Origin: an uncultured delta proteobacterium
Lineage (GTDB): Bacteria > Myxococcota_A > Polyangia > Fen-1088
Direction of reading: 5' to 3'
Assembly: GCA_963796685.1 (NCBI GenBank)
Contig: CAWCMR010000013.1
Coordinates: 512,001 to 576,000, forward strand
DNA length: 64,000 nt
Shown: piece after piece, positions 28,489 to 38,196 of the stretch
Position numbering within the stretch: the first letter of the stretch is position 1
Layout of the letters: every line of letters begins with the position of its first letter
The notes under the pieces: generated by a model
Told to the model about the DNA's origin: nothing
Seen by the model: only the letters and a program-made list of their open reading frames with translations
Databases searched by the model: none
Made by a program: the position numbers and the translations under genes

Positions 28489-29928
28489 TCAGTGCAAGCT
28501 TGGGTTGGCGTTTTGGGCCAGCTGGAGCGCCTGGGCCGCGAACCAATCCCCGGCCGCCGGGTCCACCATGCCCCACAGCGGATCGAAGTGGTTCTCCGCG
28601 TCGCCGCTCAGCGCCCAAGGATTGTACGCAGTGAAGTCCCAAGCCCGAGCACCCCCGGCGATATCACAGCTGCCGTCGGATTCCCCAGGGACCTTCACCC
28701 AGAGATAGGCATCGAGAAGCGCAACGCCGGTGTTGGCCGAAGGCGGCAGCCCAGCGCCTGCACCGAATGCATTGCACCAATTGCCGGAATCGAGCCCGCT
28801 GATGACGGATGCAGACTGGTTGTAGGGTGCGAGAGCGTAAGGTGCCGCGTCGAGCGGTCCTTGCCCGTTACGACCGGTATCGATGACGAAATGGGTCGTC
28901 GCCACTGCGCTTCCCATGAACGACTGGATTCCCGCCGTCACCGTCGCTGCATAATCCGGCCTGTAGTTGACCTGGGTGTAGTTCGTCGCCGGATCGTATT
29001 GACTCGGCAGCCAGTCGAAATGGAAATTGCCAGCGGCATCGAAGGCCCAGGAGGGCGCCCCCGAAGGCGCCGCGATGGCGTCCGACACCCAGGTGCCGAA
29101 CTGAATGTTGTCGCTGGTCAGTTGGTAATTCGAGACATTGAGGAAGAAACCTTGCGCACGCGCCACACCTGCCTTGGTCAGACGGTAGGCGGCCTCTCCT
29201 ACCCCCAGCCAGGCACTGTGCCCCGAATCAAGATAGACCGCCGCCTGGGGCGCGTGCTTCTCGATGCTGTCGACCGCATAGTTGATCTGCGCGTAGCGTT
29301 CCGCGGGGCTTGCCCCGGGTGCGGGGACGATGTTGCCGGAAGAATCCGTCACGGTGGGTTGGCACCAATCCGCGGCTCCGTTGATCGTCGTGTTGTAGGG
29401 AATGATACCGAGGCCATCCGGCTCGATAATGACCACCGCCTTGTCCTTGCCGATGCCTTTCGCAAAGCCGTCGATCCAGGCTTCGTACGCGGCCGTATCC
29501 ACGGCACCCCCTGCCGAATATTGCGAACAATCACGGTAAGGCACGTTGTAGGCGACCAACACAGGAACACGATGCCCGCAGTCGGCCGCGTCCATGGTTT
29601 TGCGAACGGCCTTGGTCACTTCGGCCGGTGTACCGTCTGTGAACCAGACCGCGTGGGGAGTGTCGATCAGCGCCGTCAACTTGCGCGCATCGTTGCGATC
29701 CCTGGCCTTGAGCAGCGCCCGCGCCTGCGCCAGCGCCGCATCATCCGGATCAGGTGCGTAGAACTCCGTGCGTGGGCTGAGGCTTCGGCTCATCGAGGCT
29801 TGATGCAATACCTGACTCTGCCTCTGCACGGTCCCGGGATCGTCGGCCGCCTGCATTTCACTGTCGCATCCGAGCACCCCGAGCGAGATGCCGAGGACCA
29901 TCATTCCTGTCGTCGCTTGTATTCTCAT
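28489..29928 (-). CDS. Glycoside hydrolase family 6 endoglucanase-like lipoprotein
   Basis: VAYNVPYRDC, IIEPDGL, YLDSGHSAW, GFFLNVSNY, IDTGRNG, WCN, WVKVPGESDG; VLGC lipobox; AAGGA RBS. Confidence 0.92.
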   Translation of the reverse strand: MRIQATTGMMVLGISLGVLGCDSEMQAADDPGTVQRQSQVLHQASMSRSLSPRTEFYAPDPDDAALAQARALLKARDRNDARKLTALIDTPHAVWFTDGTPAEVTKAVRKTMDAADCGHRVPVLVAYNVPYRDCSQYSAGGAVDTAAYEAWIDGFAKGIGKDKAVVIIEPDGLGIIPYNTTINGAADWCQPTVTDSSGNIVPAPGASPAERYAQINYAVDSIEKHAPQAAVYLDSGHSAWLGVGEAAYRLTKAGVARAQGFFLNVSNYQLTSDNIQFGTWVSDAIAAPSGAPSWAFDAAGNFHFDWLPSQYDPATNYTQVNYRPDYAATVTAGIQSFMGSAVATTHFVIDTGRNGQGPLDAAPYALAPYNQSASVISGLDSGNWCNAFGAGAGLPPSANTGVALLDAYLWVKVPGESDGSCDIAGGARAWDFTAYNPWALSGDAENHFDPLWGMVDPAAGDWFAAQALQLAQNANPSLH

Positions 29929-30325
29929 TGCTATGTCCTTTCTATCCTTCTATTTGAAAGACGAGCTCCCGTGCGACGTGAATGAATCACGATTGAGGGG
30001 AGCGCAGACGCTGACGAAACAGCTGAATCTTCATCTGGCTTCCCTGCGATCCCAGCCACGGAGCATTGGGAGTTCGTCCGTCCTGACTACTGCCTGGGTC
30101 CAGCAATCGCTGGGCCAGGATGGGGATTGAACTTTCAAGAAAACTCCGGGGAACCGCCCGGGTGATCCGTCGTAATAGCGTAGTTCCTCGAGCCGCGAAC
30201 TCGTCGTGGACGTCCGGCCGATCTCCAGCGGCAGGAACGCTAGCACGAATGCCTCAGAATCTGCCAACGGTCGGCATGTAAACTCTTTGTAACAACTTCG
30301 CCCTTGTCGCCCCGGCAGCACTTCT

Positions 30326-32455
30326 TCAATAGAAGGCGACATTGCTGACCGTGAAGTCAGCCGAGCACCCTGGACCGCCACTTTGCGCGTTCAGCTGCCA
30401 TTGCACGGTCAGAATCGTCGACGGGTCGACCTCGGTTGCCGGGCTACCACTCGCCATGGTTGCGAAAGGAACCTTGAACGTCGTGGTAGCGGATCCGGCA
30501 TCCAGGACCGAAGGTGGCGTCACCGCTGCCATCGGCGGGTAGCAATTCGAGTCGCTGGCGAAAGGACAACTGCCGCGGCCCGGCACGTCCGTCGAGGTCG
30601 AGTCGCCGCTAAAGTTCGCGCCGACCGCCAGGGCACATCCGCCGAGGTCGCCCGAGAAGTCGAACTGCACGCCAGCGAAGGACGATCCATCAATGCAGGC
30701 CGTGCCATTGAAAAAGAGCCCGGCGCCCATCCAGTTTTGGCTGACCGGCGGAACGAAGGTGCCAGCGATCGTGAGACCGTTTCCGTCGGACGTTACCGTG
30801 ACGGTCGGCGTGGTCTGTCCGTTCGAGCCGTACGTGTACGATTGCCACTGGTACGGCGGGGTGCCGAACAACAAGACGTTCCCAGAGGCGGCGCCCATCG
30901 TCGTAATCGCCGGGCTTGGAAGCGTAACCTTCGGGCAGATGAAGGAAGCATCGGCCGAGCAAGCGTTGGTCAACTGGGGAAGGCCAGCGTCCGTCGCTAC
31001 GTTCGCGCCTGGTGCGAGCGGCATCGGCCCCTGACCGGCCTGATGCTGCTGCTCGCTGAAAGTCCACGCCAGGGTGGCGCCGATGTCCGGGATCTCCACC
31101 GCCGAGATCGACAGCCCAGGCACGGTGTAGGTGGCCGGTGATGGTGCCGTCGTCAGTCCCGTTACCTGAAGCGACAGTGGCGCAGAGAGTGTGCTCCAGT
31201 TGACGACGATGACGTCGGTCCCGTCGTCGGTCAGGTTGCGGCTGGCGTAGGCACGGATGTTCGGCGGTGACTGCGCGATATCCAGGAGCGTTGGGCCGAA
31301 GTGATCGGCATAGAGCTGATAGGCGTAGTATTCCGGACTGGGGGTGTGCAGAGGGGGCGGCCCAACCAACCCGAATGCCCAAAGGTCGTTGTCGCCGATA
31401 TCCCAAATTGCCGAGGTCCAAAGATCATTTTGGACCGCCGTTCCCACCCCATCCGCCAGCCACAGCGCCGAGCCGATGGTGCGCGGCGATGCGCCGAGCT
31501 GGCAGGCTGTCGCGTCGTAGACGATGTTCATTTCCGTGAGCGCGAGCGGCTTGTCACCGTACCCCACTGCCTGCATAAGCGCCCGCACCGATGCGAGGGT
31601 ATTGGCGAATCTCGTCGCATCGCCCGTTGCGGCCTCGAGTGTCGCTTGCTTGGCGTTGAACGGATAGCGGTGGATGGAGACGATGTCGAAGAGATCGCCG
31701 CAGCCCTGGAGAATCGGAGTTAGCCAATCATTGCCGAGGATGTAGTGCCAGGACAGATCGGGTCCGACGATCTCGATCGTCCCATCGACTGCCTTCATGG
31801 CCGTCACGTAGGCCCGCACCGAGGCGCAGTAATCGGTGGGCCGGTAGCCAGGGATAGCGGGCTTCGCCGAGTCGGTCAGCGAGCCCTGCGTCGCGTACAG
31901 GTCGGGCTCATTGCCGATGGAGAAATACTTGATGCCGTAGCCCTTCGTGACGTTGGCATAGCTGACCATGGCGGCGGCGGTCGACGGTGTCGGAGGGTTG
32001 CCGTCGATGTCCGCCAGCAGCGGCACCTGGATGAGGGGCTCCGCGCCGATGGCGCGCGCATACGCCACGGCCTTGTCGAATTGGGCATCGTCGAAGGGAT
32101 CGGCCATGTTCGCGTCGTTGTTGTACCCGCCGACGCGCATGATGGCCGGCCGAAGCGGGGCGATGGCGGCCTCGGTCCCGCTGACGTCGTCCTCGTAGCT
32201 CGGCATCCAATTCCAGTAATTCACCGACAGGGTCGTCGTGCGTGGTTTGCGGGTGGCGGCCGACACGACGATGGTGCCGGTGGCAGGCTGGACAGCGCTG
32301 TCGGGGATTCCACCATCGCTGCTCGCGAGTGGCTGGCTCGAGCAGGCCGCGACTTCGGCGAGAAGCAAGAGTCGGCAGGCGTAAGGCAGTCTCCGTTTGT
32401 GAGTGTTCGGTGTTCCCGTTCCATTTACATCAAAGGCAAGCTTGGTCATGATCAC
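30326..32455 (-). CDS. Clan GH-A glycoside hydrolase (GH44/GH79-like) lipoprotein with C-terminal CBM-like beta-sandwich
   Basis: RVGG, YFSIGNEPD (acid/base), SIHRYP, ALTEMN (nucleophile); C-terminal CIDGSSFAGVQF...VQWQ...DFTVSNVAFY. Confidence 0.75.
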   Translation of the reverse strand: MIMTKLAFDVNGTGTPNTHKRRLPYACRLLLLAEVAACSSQPLASSDGGIPDSAVQPATGTIVVSAATRKPRTTTLSVNYWNWMPSYEDDVSGTEAAIAPLRPAIMRVGGYNNDANMADPFDDAQFDKAVAYARAIGAEPLIQVPLLADIDGNPPTPSTAAAMVSYANVTKGYGIKYFSIGNEPDLYATQGSLTDSAKPAIPGYRPTDYCASVRAYVTAMKAVDGTIEIVGPDLSWHYILGNDWLTPILQGCGDLFDIVSIHRYPFNAKQATLEAATGDATRFANTLASVRALMQAVGYGDKPLALTEMNIVYDATACQLGASPRTIGSALWLADGVGTAVQNDLWTSAIWDIGDNDLWAFGLVGPPPLHTPSPEYYAYQLYADHFGPTLLDIAQSPPNIRAYASRNLTDDGTDVIVVNWSTLSAPLSLQVTGLTTAPSPATYTVPGLSISAVEIPDIGATLAWTFSEQQHQAGQGPMPLAPGANVATDAGLPQLTNACSADASFICPKVTLPSPAITTMGAASGNVLLFGTPPYQWQSYTYGSNGQTTPTVTVTSDGNGLTIAGTFVPPVSQNWMGAGLFFNGTACIDGSSFAGVQFDFSGDLGGCALAVGANFSGDSTSTDVPGRGSCPFASDSNCYPPMAAVTPPSVLDAGSATTTFKVPFATMASGSPATEVDPSTILTVQWQLNAQSGGPGCSADFTVSNVAFY

Positions 32456-32532
32456 TATCTCTCCTTGTTCTTTCGTGCAGACGGAATCGCCTTAGCACCG
32501 CCTCGGCCACCATGGATACGAGCAACGTCAAC

Positions 32533-32549
32533 AGCAATAGCCATGCCAA
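32533..32549 (-). promoter_or_regulatory. Sigma54 (-24/-12) promoter
   Basis: Minus strand TTGGCAT-GGCTA-TTGCT is near consensus (TGGCAC-N5-TTGCW). It lies about 80 bp upstream of the GH-A gene. Confidence 0.7.
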
Positions 32550-32593
32550 TAGGAGGATTCTGCTGTCACCGGCGAGTGCCCCGCTCTGCCGAA

Positions 32594-33514
32594 TTACTTG
32601 TTGACGAGGTACAGATCGTCGATCCAGAAGTCGAAGGTGAGCGATGGTGCTCCACCGGCACATTTGAAGTTTGGATTTGTCGCGCAGAACGGCAGATCGA
32701 CCTCGAAAAGGATGCCGTAAACGTGCTTCGAATCGAGCACGCTAGGATCGGGTCGGTAACCCCAGGTCGGGTTCTGTTGAAGGCTTGGGAAATCTATCGT
32801 GTACCGCGTAAGCGTGTCCGTCAAAGCGACTGCGATGCCGAACCCATTGTAGCAGGCGCCATCTGTGCTTGGATCCGCGGCGTTGCAGATGCCGCCTCGT
32901 GGATCGGTATTGATGTCCCTGAGCTGAACAAGGATGGTCTTGGCACCGGCGCTATCGGCCATCCCCCAGAACGTTATGCCCGAGTACGCGCTGAGGTCTA
33001 CCGGAACACTCGGAAAATCGAGGCTACTGCTCTGTGTGCACGGTTGCCCACCGATCGAAACACCGGCGTCCAGCCTGCCAGAGAGATCTGCCTGGCCGCC
33101 GTCGCCACTCGGCAGCTGGGTAAAATCGATCCCCATCAACGCCCCCCAGATACCGACCAGCGGCGAAGTGGTGCGCAGGCGAGCGGCGTGGGAGCTGGTG
33201 ATGCCCGGAAAGGTTTCGTTGGGAGTGGAATAGGCTGCATAGAACCAACCATGTGGATCGACAGAATGCGGAACTGGGGAGATGCGCTCACCCTCGGTGC
33301 AATCGGTGTTGGTCCACCAGGTTCCGGGAGGCACGCCGGGGAGTGCCACCCACTGAATCGATCCACTCTCTCCCTCCATGTCATCGATCTTCGTGTAGCC
33401 GGCCTGCGCACTGTCGTTGCTCGCCTTTTCGCTCGAACAAGACCCGGCGCACACAAGCAGGGAGACCACCAGGATCGCCCGTTCGGTGAGCATCTGGACG
33501 ATCATCATCGCCAT
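32594..33514 (-). CDS. CBM11-like / galactose-binding-fold lipoprotein
   Basis: IDDME, VDLSAYSGITFW, YTIDFPSLQQ..WG, FDFWIDDL; AGSC lipobox. Confidence 0.65.
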   Translation of the reverse strand: MAMMIVQMLTERAILVVSLLVCAGSCSSEKASNDSAQAGYTKIDDMEGESGSIQWVALPGVPPGTWWTNTDCTEGERISPVPHSVDPHGWFYAAYSTPNETFPGITSSHAARLRTTSPLVGIWGALMGIDFTQLPSGDGGQADLSGRLDAGVSIGGQPCTQSSSLDFPSVPVDLSAYSGITFWGMADSAGAKTILVQLRDINTDPRGGICNAADPSTDGACYNGFGIAVALTDTLTRYTIDFPSLQQNPTWGYRPDPSVLDSKHVYGILFEVDLPFCATNPNFKCAGGAPSLTFDFWIDDLYLVNK

Positions 33515-33515
33515 C

Positions 33516-34199
33516 CTACTGCAGGCTGATGGTGTCGACGTGCAGGACGAACTTCCCCGATTGACCGTCGGGCAATTGTGCGTCGACCGTGAACCGAATG
33601 CTGTCGACTCGTCCCAGACACGCCACCGGTCCCCCCTTGATGTGCGTCGCTAGCCAAGGGGGCGAATTGAAGCCGTTCAGCTCCAGCGTGAACGACTGCC
33701 AATAGCTCTTGTAGTCCACGCCCTGATTGACATACAGGTCACCTGGCAAAGAGCCATCCTCGGTACGCGCAGTGGTGCAGCCGATTTCTACGTACATCAG
33801 TGCGTTGCTTGGGATAGGAGGGTTGCCCGATTCGAGCTTGGCGCTGAACTGGATCCTACTAAAGCGTGTGAAGTCCTCGGACGCGCCCGTGTAGGTCGAC
33901 GTAGCTATGCTGGCACCGCCGTGTTGCTGCGTTCCATCTGGCGGGTCCACAATGTTGGCCTGCAAGAACAGCGAAAAACTACTCTGATCACCGGCGTCGT
34001 GATCGCAGTTGCATTGGTTCGTGTTCGGGTTGTACGCGTCGCACCACCAGGCTTGAAAGTTCGGGTCGGCGGGTCGCAAGTCGCCGTCGTCGAAATCGTC
34101 GATGATGTAGGGTCCCGGGTCGACGGTATGAACGTCGAAACAGCCGCCAGCACCGAGCACGGCCAGCAGGAGCGGGAGGTTCAGGGCGGCCCGGCTCAC
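33516..34199 (-). CDS. Second CBM-like lipoprotein
   Basis: GGC lipobox; IDDFDDG, DFTRFSRIQF, WQSFTLEL, SIRF, LHVDTI. The GTG start overlaps the upstream TGA. Confidence 0.6.
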   Translation of the reverse strand: MSRAALNLPLLLAVLGAGGCFDVHTVDPGPYIIDDFDDGDLRPADPNFQAWWCDAYNPNTNQCNCDHDAGDQSSFSLFLQANIVDPPDGTQQHGGASIATSTYTGASEDFTRFSRIQFSAKLESGNPPIPSNALMYVEIGCTTARTEDGSLPGDLYVNQGVDYKSYWQSFTLELNGFNSPPWLATHIKGGPVACLGRVDSIRFTVDAQLPDGQSGKFVLHVDTISLQ

Positions 34200-35332
34200 C
34201 ATGTGCTGCTCCATGCGACGTTGGCCGATGCGCCTCCGCCCCACCCGAAGGAGATCTCGCTTGCTTGACGTCCGTGCGTGTGATGGAGGTAGAGCAACGC
34301 GGCGCCTGCGGCCACGAGCGTCCCGCTGGCGATGGACAAACCCAAGATGACATGGTTGGTGCGAGTGAGCGATGCCGCAAGCGAGTTATTGGCGTCGGCG
34401 CGCTCGCGGTACGCGGCGGTCCCGATGGTGTCGTTCTTGAGCGCGGCGTCTCCGGCCTGCCAGTCCTGGTACCGTCCGCGATTCCACAGGTAGACCCCAA
34501 GCGCCGCACCACCGAGCGCCACGCCCAAGCCAGCGGCGGAATAGCCCACGATGGCCATCGTGCGTCGTCGATCTTGGGTGTTGGGCTCGGGTCGTTGCTC
34601 AAGTATTGCAACCGACGGTGCCTTGGCATTTGCCGGGGGCACAGATTGTGCGGGCAGGGCAGCAGGAGGCACCTGGGCCGACGGAGGCTCAGCCTTCGCG
34701 ACTTTCGCTGCCGCTGCGGGCGCGGTGGGCATCTCCAGGCTCAACACCTGATAGTCGCCCGGCGCGAGGGTCACGGTTCGATTGATTGCGGCCATTCCTT
34801 CCATGGCCGCGGAGACCTTGTGCGTTCCGGCTGCAAGTCTAACCGGCTGGTAGAGCGGCGTACGCCCAACCTCGGTTCCATCGACCCCAATTAGAGCTCC
34901 GGGTTGGTCAGTGGTGATGGTCAGCTCGGCAAAAAGCGACTCGAGCAGCGCAATTTGAGCCTGCACCGCCTGGCGCCGATCCGGCGGAACCTGCTCCTGA
35001 CCATCGCGCAGGTACTTGGAGAGGCTTTGGACCGCTTCCGCGGGACGGCCCAGCGCGAACTCGGCCTGACCTATATTGTAGAGGACGGCAAAATTCGGGC
35101 TGACCTGGTAGGCCTCGGTGAACTCTTGCAACGCACCTTCGTAGTCGGCCTGGCCTGCCAGCTCGAGTCCCCGGGCGAAGTGTAGTCTTGCAGCCTCGCG
35201 CGCATCCCCAGATGACTGCCCGGCGGTTGACTCCTCGGTCGCTCTTGCTGAAGTCGACCAGCCCAACACGGTCAGCAGGATCACCGGAATCCGCGACATA
35301 AACACCTGTTGGAAGTAGTCAGCACGTCCCAT
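34196..35332 (-). CDS. TPR + PEGA domain protein with C-terminal hydrophobic segments
   Basis: ARLHFARG..YEGALQEF..AY..P...VLYNIG (TPR); GALIGVDG.EVGRTPL...LAAGTHKV (PEGA). Confidence 0.85.
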   Translation of the reverse strand: MGRADYFQQVFMSRIPVILLTVLGWSTSARATEESTAGQSSGDAREAARLHFARGLELAGQADYEGALQEFTEAYQVSPNFAVLYNIGQAEFALGRPAEAVQSLSKYLRDGQEQVPPDRRQAVQAQIALLESLFAELTITTDQPGALIGVDGTEVGRTPLYQPVRLAAGTHKVSAAMEGMAAINRTVTLAPGDYQVLSLEMPTAPAAAAKVAKAEPPSAQVPPAALPAQSVPPANAKAPSVAILEQRPEPNTQDRRRTMAIVGYSAAGLGVALGGAALGVYLWNRGRYQDWQAGDAALKNDTIGTAAYRERADANNSLAASLTRTNHVILGLSIASGTLVAAGAALLYLHHTHGRQASEISFGWGGGASANVAWSSTW

Positions 35333-35338
35333 GCCACC

Positions 35339-36802
35339 TCAGTTTCCATACGGATTCTGCGTGTCGAACGTGACTCGCGCCGCGCGCGCATCGGTGGCAC
35401 CCGGGGGCGGAACGGCAAGCGAGGGTGCGGGCGCCGGGTCCAGAGATCTTCTCGGACGTCCGGCTGGACGTCCAAACGGACGTCCGCCGTGGCTCCGTGC
35501 GAGCCTCGGACGAACATCCGCCTCTGATGCTCGATCAGCGACTGCCGTTGACGCCTGACCGCTCGCATTGCGTTCCTTGCCTTCTCTGTTTTCCCGCGGC
35601 ATCGATGGCGCTGGCAAATCCAAGGAACGAGCTGGTGGAGGAACTGCAAGTTGGGCTTCTTTGGGCTGGACGCGATGGCTCGCGGATTCGGCGGTAGCTG
35701 CCGTCACGTTAGAGTGTTGGGACCTTCGCGCTGCCATCGTCATCGCGATGGCGGCAACCGCGACCAGTCCGGCACTGACCGCGAGGATGATCCGCGGACG
35801 TCGGGGCTTTCGCGGTGGCTGTGCCGATGCGGGAATGGTGGCGGCGTCGAAATCGGTCGACCGCCAGCCTGGCGTTGGGGACGCCGCGCGCACAGCCGAT
35901 ACAGTGTCCATGCTCTTCGCCGAGGGCCACACCTCCCGCTTCGCGAACGGTGCCAGCTCGAGCTCCAACGCCTCCACGGAGGCGTGACGTTGATTACGAT
36001 CGCACGACAGCGCGCGCTCGACCGCATCCACGAGCACCCCGGGCAGATCCGGTTGCACAGCATGCAGGGACAGTGCCGGTTGCGTGGCGATATGGTGCAA
36101 GACCGCGTTGTGCGAATCGCCCGGATGGGGCGGCTTGCCCGAGAGCATCTCGAACAAGATCGCCGCCAGTCCGTAGACGTCGGTCCTGTGATCGATGCTC
36201 TTGTCGCCGCGCGCCTGCTCGGGTGACATGTACGCCGGGGTTCCGAGGATGGTTCCGGTGCGCGTGGCCGCGCTATTGAGCTCGACCTGTTCCAGCTTGG
36301 CAATGCCGAAGTCGAGCACCTTGACCAGATCGGTCCCGTCCTCGCGCCGACACAGAAACAGATTCTCTGGCTTGAGATCGCGGTGGACGATGCCAGCGGC
36401 ATGGGCCGCCATCATTCCGCGACAAGCCTGCAGGCAAATGTCGACGGCCCGCCAAACCGAAAGGCACCCTTCGCGCGCCAGCAAGGATCCCAGGCTTTCA
36501 CCCACCAGGTGCTCCATGACGAGGTACGGCGTGCCGTCGGCAAGAATGCCGAAGTCGATGGCTGCCGCGATGTTTTCGCTTTCGAGCGCTCCAGCGGCCT
36601 GGGCCTCGCGATGAAACCTGGTCAGGAGATCGCGGCGGTCGGCGAGATCGGGGCGAAGGAACTTGACGGCAAAACGTCGCTTGACCACGGCGTGCTGGGC
36701 CTCATAGACCACCCCCATTCCCCCTTCCGCGATCAGACGAAGGATGCGGTACTTGTCCCCGACGAGCTCGCCCACCCGGGTGGTCTGCGACTTGGTGCTC
36801 AC
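35339..36802 (-). CDS. Membrane Hanks-type Ser/Thr protein kinase
   Basis: EGGMGVVY, AVK, HRDLKPEN, DFG, GTPAYMSPE, TM helix, C-terminal NPY. The GTG start overlaps the upstream TGA. Confidence 0.95.
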   Translation of the reverse strand: MSTKSQTTRVGELVGDKYRILRLIAEGGMGVVYEAQHAVVKRRFAVKFLRPDLADRRDLLTRFHREAQAAGALESENIAAAIDFGILADGTPYLVMEHLVGESLGSLLAREGCLSVWRAVDICLQACRGMMAAHAAGIVHRDLKPENLFLCRREDGTDLVKVLDFGIAKLEQVELNSAATRTGTILGTPAYMSPEQARGDKSIDHRTDVYGLAAILFEMLSGKPPHPGDSHNAVLHHIATQPALSLHAVQPDLPGVLVDAVERALSCDRNQRHASVEALELELAPFAKREVWPSAKSMDTVSAVRAASPTPGWRSTDFDAATIPASAQPPRKPRRPRIILAVSAGLVAVAAIAMTMAARRSQHSNVTAATAESASHRVQPKEAQLAVPPPARSLDLPAPSMPRENREGKERNASGQASTAVADRASEADVRPRLARSHGGRPFGRPAGRPRRSLDPAPAPSLAVPPPGATDARAARVTFDTQNPYGN

Positions 36803-38196
36803 CGCCCAGCCTCCTTGCGCGCTTGCTCTTGCTCGCGCAACCCCTCGAGATCGACAGCTTGGCCCTCCATCAAGCGGTAGGCACGCTGGCGCGAGATCCC
36901 CAGCATCGCCGCCGCGCGAGCGACGTTGCCACCCGAGGCGCGCAAGGCGGAGACCAGCGCCGGAAGCTCCACGGGTTCGAGCGGCTCCGCCTTGATGGCC
37001 GCCTTTGGCGGGCCTGGAAGGGGCCGAGCCGTTTCGGCCGTCACCGTTTGGGTTGGCGACGGGGTGCCGATTCGCCCCGGCAGGTGGGATGCCTTCCAGG
37101 TCGATTCGCCACCGTGCAAAACCATGAGCCGGCGAACGAGCAGCAGGAGCTCGCGGACATTGAACGGCCAGTCGTGGAGACACAGCCGCTCGACGAGATC
37201 GGCTTCGACCGACGGCACCGCCCCCTCTCCCAGCTCGGTCAAGAAATGGGAAAACAGCGGCGACACATCCTCGCGCCGGCTACGCAGCGGCGGCAAGTGG
37301 ACGGTCACCCCGTCGAGCCGCGCCAGCAGATCGGGTCGGAAGCGACCCTGGCGCGAAGCCTCCAGCAGCGACTGCTGCCCCGCGACCACGACGCGGACAT
37401 CGATCGGGATCGGACGGATCTCTCCCAGCGGTTGGACCTCGTGCTCTTCGAGCACGCGCAGCAGCTTGGCCTGCAACGGAAGGGGAAGATCCGTCACCTC
37501 GTCGAGCAACAAGGTTCCGCCCTCGGCGCTGCGGAAGAATCCCGGATTCGGCTTGTCCGCGCCGGTGAAGGCACCGCGCCGATACCCGAACAATTCACCC
37601 TCGGCCAGCGCCTCGGGCAACGCCGCGCAATTGACGGCCACGAGCGGGCCCGAGCGCCCGCTCCACTTGTGTAAACTGCGGGTAACAACCTCTTTTCCGG
37701 TTCCAGTCTCGCCTTCGAGGATGACGGGCAGATCGCTCGAAGCAGCTCGCTGCAACGGCGCCAACACCGACTGCAGCGTCGCGCCTCCGTACAGACCGGG
37801 GGCGATCTCCCTCCATGCACCACGCCCCGCGGTTACCACGCCCAACCAGCCGCCGAGACGAACCACGTCCCCTCGACGAAGAGGGGACGCGGATACTCGC
37901 TGCCCGTTGACCCAAACTCCGTTGCGGCTGCCTAGATCGACCACCTCGACGCCAAGACCAGCGGTGTCTTGGCGCAGAGAAGCGTGGCGGCGTGAAACGT
38001 CGTTCCCCAGCAGATGAATGGGACATCCTTCCTCGCGCCCGACAATCAGCTCTCCCGCATTCGCCCATCCCAAACCAACCGCTGGTTGGGACGGTTGTGG
38101 GAACATCCAGGTGAGCACCATGTCCAACGAGTTGACCTCGCTCCGCGAGCTTGCGCTGGTCGTCGCCACCGTCGTATTGCCCGCACCCGATCCCAT
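36799..38196 (-). CDS. FHA-domain sigma54-dependent transcriptional activator (bEBP)
   Basis: FHA (GR, VSRRHA, DLGSRNG); GETGTGKE, intact GAFTGA, LLDE, WPFNVREL; C-terminal Fis-type HTH. Confidence 0.95.
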   Translation of the reverse strand: MGSGAGNTTVATTSASSRSEVNSLDMVLTWMFPQPSQPAVGLGWANAGELIVGREEGCPIHLLGNDVSRRHASLRQDTAGLGVEVVDLGSRNGVWVNGQRVSASPLRRGDVVRLGGWLGVVTAGRGAWREIAPGLYGGATLQSVLAPLQRAASSDLPVILEGETGTGKEVVTRSLHKWSGRSGPLVAVNCAALPEALAEGELFGYRRGAFTGADKPNPGFFRSAEGGTLLLDEVTDLPLPLQAKLLRVLEEHEVQPLGEIRPIPIDVRVVVAGQQSLLEASRQGRFRPDLLARLDGVTVHLPPLRSRREDVSPLFSHFLTELGEGAVPSVEADLVERLCLHDWPFNVRELLLLVRRLMVLHGGESTWKASHLPGRIGTPSPTQTVTAETARPLPGPPKAAIKAEPLEPVELPALVSALRASGGNVARAAAMLGISRQRAYRLMEGQAVDLEGLREQEQARKEAGR

